A stretch of 64,000 bases of DNA from a virus. Taxonomy: Duplodnaviria > Caudoviricetes. The translations under genes and the position numbers were made by a program. This document shows positions 60,256 through 64,000 of the stretch, in pieces (the stretch's first letter is position 1; every line of letters begins with the position of its first letter). The notes beneath the pieces were generated by a model, which did not search any database, was not told the origin of the DNA, and worked only from the letters and a program-made list of their open reading frames with translations. The DNA is taken from IMG/VR virus record IMGVR_UViG_3300028888_000049; one strand, written 5' to 3'.

Positions 60256-61815
60256 TTAAGCATTGTTGAAGTTAGCAATGTATCCTTTGCATAAGTATTC
60301 GGATTTGTTAATAAACAAATCGTAGAATGACAAGCAACCACGATGGTTTTTCAAATTAGGTGCCTGGAATGTCGGCGTGAAGTACAACGGAATCCACTCC
60401 GCTAAAATTATAGATGAGTCACCTAATTGGAAGCCTTTGAAGCCAAATACAACTTCGTCAGCAGCCAGTGTGTTGGTGTAAGGAACAGCGATAACACTGA
60501 TTGTGCCTTCACGCAAAGTACCAGCCAAGTACGGACCAATTGGTTTCTTAGCTTCAGGAGCAGCTTTGAAGCCTTCGATGTTTTCGATGACTGTTAAGCC
60601 TTCTTTAGCTGAGCAGATGATGAAGTCTACAGTACCACGACCAGCAACTTCTTGGATCAAGCCGCGAGCTGTTGAGATAGTCGTTGTATAAGAGCTATAT
60701 CTCTGTTGCAGTGTCAAGTTAGCACCATTAGCAGCACAGTCGAATGTCAAGTCTGCATAAGGAGTAGCAGCAGCAGAAACAGCACGAACTAATGTTAAGT
60801 CACGTTCCCAACGAATTGTACCAGCCATTTGGTTAGAGATCAATTCGTCAGTATCGATAGCTAAGTGAGCGTTCATAACCAAACCAGCAGCAACACTGTA
60901 AGAAGACATCAACGGATGTTCTTTAGCGAGAATCGGTTGGTTAGGAATATCGAACTGAATTTTACGAATCAAGTCAACGTCAGTTTCAGTATCAACAGCA
61001 CCTTCAAAGCTCATAACAGCTTTAGCGGCGATAGCTTCAGCATACAGAGCAGCATCCAATTTGATTGTAGCTTCACCTGTTTGAGCATTAACTGTACCAG
61101 CAACACCACGACCGATGATGTTGTATTCACCTTCGTTAACACCGTCTAATTTAGCAGAACCGTTACCGTAGTCACGGGCAATTTCTTTACCAGCCAAACG
61201 AACGATGAAAGAACCTGCACGCAATTTAACTGTAGCGTCATCCGGGAAAGCAGAAGACGGAGTAGCAGTAACTTCAGCAGCAGCTTCAGCGTTATCGTAA
61301 CCAATGAATTCAGAAGAATATGTACCATCAGTAGCTTGTTCGAATACGATATCACCAGCTTCAACACCAGCAGCACTCTGAGAATAACGTGTTTTGATGA
61401 TGAAGATTTGACCAGACTGACGATCTAAAGCCTGGATATCGGCAATGTAATTCGCAACCATCTGCGGATAAAAGATGTTGACGATATCTACGACTTTAGG
61501 AGTCAATGATGTAACGCCAGGAGACAAGAGAGAAACAGCGTTAGTGTTTCCACCGTCCAGACCAGCTTCCATCAAGTTGATGCCTTGTTCGTGTTGAACG
61601 TATTCAGCTGTGTTTTCGAGTAATTGAACCATTGTAGCAGCTTGGTATTGAGCGTCTTTGTTTTCAGACTCGATACCTTTAATCAAGTTCGGGCAGCGTG
61701 CACCCAGTGTAGATTCAGCCAAAACTTTAGCAGCGTGTTTAATGCCGTTGTTAACTTTAGCTGTACGAGCTTTAGCAACAGTTTCGTTAGCATTTACTTG
61801 AGCGAATAAACTCAT
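60256..61815 (-). CDS. gp23: Major capsid protein, T4 gp23-like
   Basis: QLLEN motif, IADIQAL...GQIF, DLNA-equivalent VMNAH, EWIPLY; high-expression codon bias; strong terminator. Confidence 0.82.
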   Translation of the reverse strand: MSLFAQVNANETVAKARTAKVNNGIKHAAKVLAESTLGARCPNLIKGIESENKDAQYQAATMVQLLENTAEYVQHEQGINLMEAGLDGGNTNAVSLLSPGVTSLTPKVVDIVNIFYPQMVANYIADIQALDRQSGQIFIIKTRYSQSAAGVEAGDIVFEQATDGTYSSEFIGYDNAEAAAEVTATPSSAFPDDATVKLRAGSFIVRLAGKEIARDYGNGSAKLDGVNEGEYNIIGRGVAGTVNAQTGEATIKLDAALYAEAIAAKAVMSFEGAVDTETDVDLIRKIQFDIPNQPILAKEHPLMSSYSVAAGLVMNAHLAIDTDELISNQMAGTIRWERDLTLVRAVSAAATPYADLTFDCAANGANLTLQQRYSSYTTTISTARGLIQEVAGRGTVDFIICSAKEGLTVIENIEGFKAAPEAKKPIGPYLAGTLREGTISVIAVPYTNTLAADEVVFGFKGFQLGDSSIILAEWIPLYFTPTFQAPNLKNHRGCLSFYDLFINKSEYLCKGYIANFNNA

Positions 61816-62355
61816 AATTTAATTTCCTTATAATAGATGAGATAGATTGTTTTAAGTTTTTTCCTATAAAATGTTGAGTTAATATCTATCTCTATAATTT
61901 GTTTTGTAACATCTGTTGAAAGGATAGCAGATGTAAATGTATAAAGAATGTTCGTTATTGTATAATTTCTTAGGTATTTTATTTATTTCGATACATATAA
62001 AGATAGGTAGACTGACGTGTATTTTACCGTTCTGTACTTAAGATTTTGTATGTATTTTTGTGGAAATTTAATAAAATATAAAGAGTAGTGACAATAATAT
62101 ACTCTATAATCCAGAATAGTAGGAGGTGGAATCTCTTTGAAGTAAGATAATATGTTAGGAGATTCCATAATTATTGTATAGAACTGTATGCTGTATAAAG
62201 AGTATAGTATTTGTGAATTAATTATTTGAATTATTTTTCCGATTGTCTTGTTTTATCTTTATTTTTCAATTAGTTAAGATATGTTAAATTTTGCTTTACT
62301 TTTAATAAATTTTATGTTAATAATAGTACATTAAGTCAATTTTAAGGAGATTAAG

Positions 62356-62571
62356 ATGACAATTAAACATACTTCAGCCGATATAACAAAGTCATGGTTA
62401 CAAGAGTGGATTTGTAATAAGTCAGTAAATAATACAAAGAAATGGTTAAAAGAATGGATAGATGCACGTTCTTCTAATACTACTAAAATATGGTTAAGAA
62501 ATTGGGTAACTAATAAGTCAAAGAATAGAACTAAAAGCTGGATTAATTGTTGGATTAGACATAAATCTTAG
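62356..62571 (+). CDS. Trp-rich protein of four 16-aa tandem repeats
   Basis: TKxWLxxWIxxKSxNx x4; own promoter (62295) and AAGGAG RBS. Confidence 0.7.
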   Translation: MTIKHTSADITKSWLQEWICNKSVNNTKKWLKEWIDARSSNTTKIWLRNWVTNKSKNRTKSWINCWIRHKS

Positions 62572-62596
62572 TTATCTTTATATTAAGAAGATTATT

Positions 62597-63154
62597 TTAG
62601 CCTTTATATCCATTGGCAAACATAGCTTTTCTTTGATTATCCGCTTCTTTTTTAGTTTTGAATTTACCGTGAGTACCTTCTTTACCTTTGTTTGTCCATG
62701 AATTACCTTGTTTAACAGTATCTTCATCTAGATCTATATCATTTTTTAGAGTTTCATATTTAGAATATAGTATATCTTTGATTGCTTTTAGATTACCATT
62801 ATTATTTGTATTTATGTTATATTTATTATCGTCTTTTTGTATATAAAATTCGTGATATATTTTAACTGGAAAAGTTTGTGCATTATTTTTTATTATAATA
62901 GTATGAACTTGTGGATGAATTGCTTTACCACCATCCCAAATAAATATATCATTATTTATAATTAAGCCTCTTATTTCTTTATATTGTGTATTATTTAAAA
63001 AGTTTATTAATTCTTCTTGATTTGGATTTTTAATTATAATTAATGGTTTTATTTCATCTACATTATTTAAATAATCTTTAATTATAGTTGCTTCATAAAG
63101 AGAAAGTCCTACTCTATTTAATTCTGCTTCTACTATTTTTCTAAATCGTAACAT
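62597..63154 (-). CDS. Putative capsid-targeted/internal head protein
   Basis: N-terminal IVE/LYE protease-type motifs; C-terminal WTNKGKEGTHGKFKTKKEA module. Confidence 0.5.
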   Translation of the reverse strand: MLRFRKIVEAELNRVGLSLYEATIIKDYLNNVDEIKPLIIIKNPNQEELINFLNNTQYKEIRGLIINNDIFIWDGGKAIHPQVHTIIIKNNAQTFPVKIYHEFYIQKDDNKYNINTNNNGNLKAIKDILYSKYETLKNDIDLDEDTVKQGNSWTNKGKEGTHGKFKTKKEADNQRKAMFANGYKG

Positions 63155-63163
63155 GTATTATCC

Positions 63164-63967
63164 TTAAATATTTTTTAATTCTATCGGAACAGTAGATATT
63201 TCATATATTTTATTCAATTCTTTTTCTATTTGTTTTTTAGAATAATATTTTTTATCTTCATTTATATCTTTTTCTATTTTTTCTTTATTTAAGATAATTT
63301 TAATTAAATAGTTATGTAAATTTTTTAATTCACCGCCATTACTATAATTACCTTCATTATCTTCGTTATTATACAATTCATTTATCCAATTTAAATAATT
63401 ATTTATACTTAAAGGATATTCTGGATAATGTTTTTTATAATAATATCTTTTATTTGTTTGAATTATACTTTCATGATTATTTGGTTCATATGGATATTGA
63501 AAAGGTAAGATTTTAAAATTTTCTGAAAGTTTATCTCCGTCTAAAACTAATATAGCTGGTCTAGAATATATACCTGTTGTATAATCATTTTTTAATTGTC
63601 GACTAGTACTTATACCGATATCTCTATTATGCCAAAGTGAATCCGTTTCTAATATTTTAATTAAATCTGACAATGAAGCTACTCCGTGATAAAGTAAACC
63701 TACTTGTTTAGCTTCTTTTAAAGTATTTTCATCTAAATCTTCTAATTCCCAGTCTTGATGCGGAGATATATTATATATTTCATTTTCACCGAAAGTATGC
63801 AAAAAATGTTTGTTATTTAATAAAATTTTTTTAAGTAAGTCTATATCTCTTATATTATTATCATTTCCTTTTTGAATATATCCTGCTTCTAATTTACCAT
63901 TATATACAAAATCACCAATATAAGAATTACTATCTATATGTATTCTTTCTTTTAATAAATTTAACAT
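63164..63967 (-). CDS. Putative virion-packaged ADP-ribosyltransferase-like protein
   Basis: MLNLLKE; LKEAKQVGLLYH...IKIL...ISTSR...LDGDKLS. Confidence 0.5.
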   Translation of the reverse strand: MLNLLKERIHIDSNSYIGDFVYNGKLEAGYIQKGNDNNIRDIDLLKKILLNNKHFLHTFGENEIYNISPHQDWELEDLDENTLKEAKQVGLLYHGVASLSDLIKILETDSLWHNRDIGISTSRQLKNDYTTGIYSRPAILVLDGDKLSENFKILPFQYPYEPNNHESIIQTNKRYYYKKHYPEYPLSINNYLNWINELYNNEDNEGNYSNGGELKNLHNYLIKIILNKEKIEKDINEDKKYYSKKQIEKELNKIYEISTVPIELKNI

Positions 63968-64000
63968 TTCTGTATGTATACAAAAATAAGCATCCCATAC

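Larger units (their letters stand above)
1891..62185. promoter_or_regulatory. Dispersed (A/T)GTTCT motif upstream of genes, candidate phage-sigma promoter
   Basis: + at 1891, 5191, 5759, 6259, 8645, 10549, 11335; - at 1998, 9689, 11284, 56207, 62185. Confidence 0.5.
2012..62325. promoter_or_regulatory. Dispersed sigma70/T4-early-like promoters, -35 TTTAC(A/T), 16-18 nt, TAnnnT
   Basis: + at 2013, 5726, 12855, 30905, 41375, 47180, 52927, 56253, 62295; - at 10524, 17519, 56218; many preceded by an AATT-T-tract. Confidence 0.65.

Noticed and set aside
60503-61809. Antisense or alternate-frame ORFs within the capsid gene (also those inside 981, 21876, 33115, 54115, 57957)
   Set aside because: Shadow ORFs expected from codon bias; no RBS or motifs
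1-64000. Alternative genetic code (stop-codon recoding)
   Set aside because: Conserved genes are full length in code 11, and TAG/TGA act as real stops followed by terminators or new RBS

Overview
AT-rich segment of a large lytic dsDNA phage (T4-like gp23 major capsid protein, gp41/DnaB-type helicase, holin plus two-component spanin implying a Gram-negative host), read in the standard genetic code. Recognisable genes: helicase, homing endonucleases, GMP reductase, MazG-like protein, RNase H, acyl carrier protein, an ArfA-like peptide, a MoxR-type AAA+/VWA-metallopeptidase pair, IbrA/IbrB and capsid-targeted proteins. Most of the window (about 10-58 kb) is an early/accessory region of small ORFs. 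The main unexplained signal is that about 43 otherwise divergent proteins, mostly 90-130 aa, share one C-terminal signature (roughly LxxLxI[KE]Y...[IL][ST]x[ED][DN]x[ED][KR]LxhhhK[IL]xG; called here the KIYG-helix family, my label). It resembles the non-catalytic half of a LAGLIDADG fold, and the genes sit in promoter-headed clusters on both strands. Also notable: an ArfA-like gene whose stop codon lies inside a 22-bp hairpin, two structured ncRNA candidates (one tRNA-like), two sharp strand-skew switches (about 18 kb and 23 kb) with iteron-like repeats and outward-facing GTC arrays, a Cache-like sensor upstream of the holin, and a GIY-YIG module nested in a degenerate Hef-like nuclease. All family assignments come from reading motifs by eye; no searches were run.
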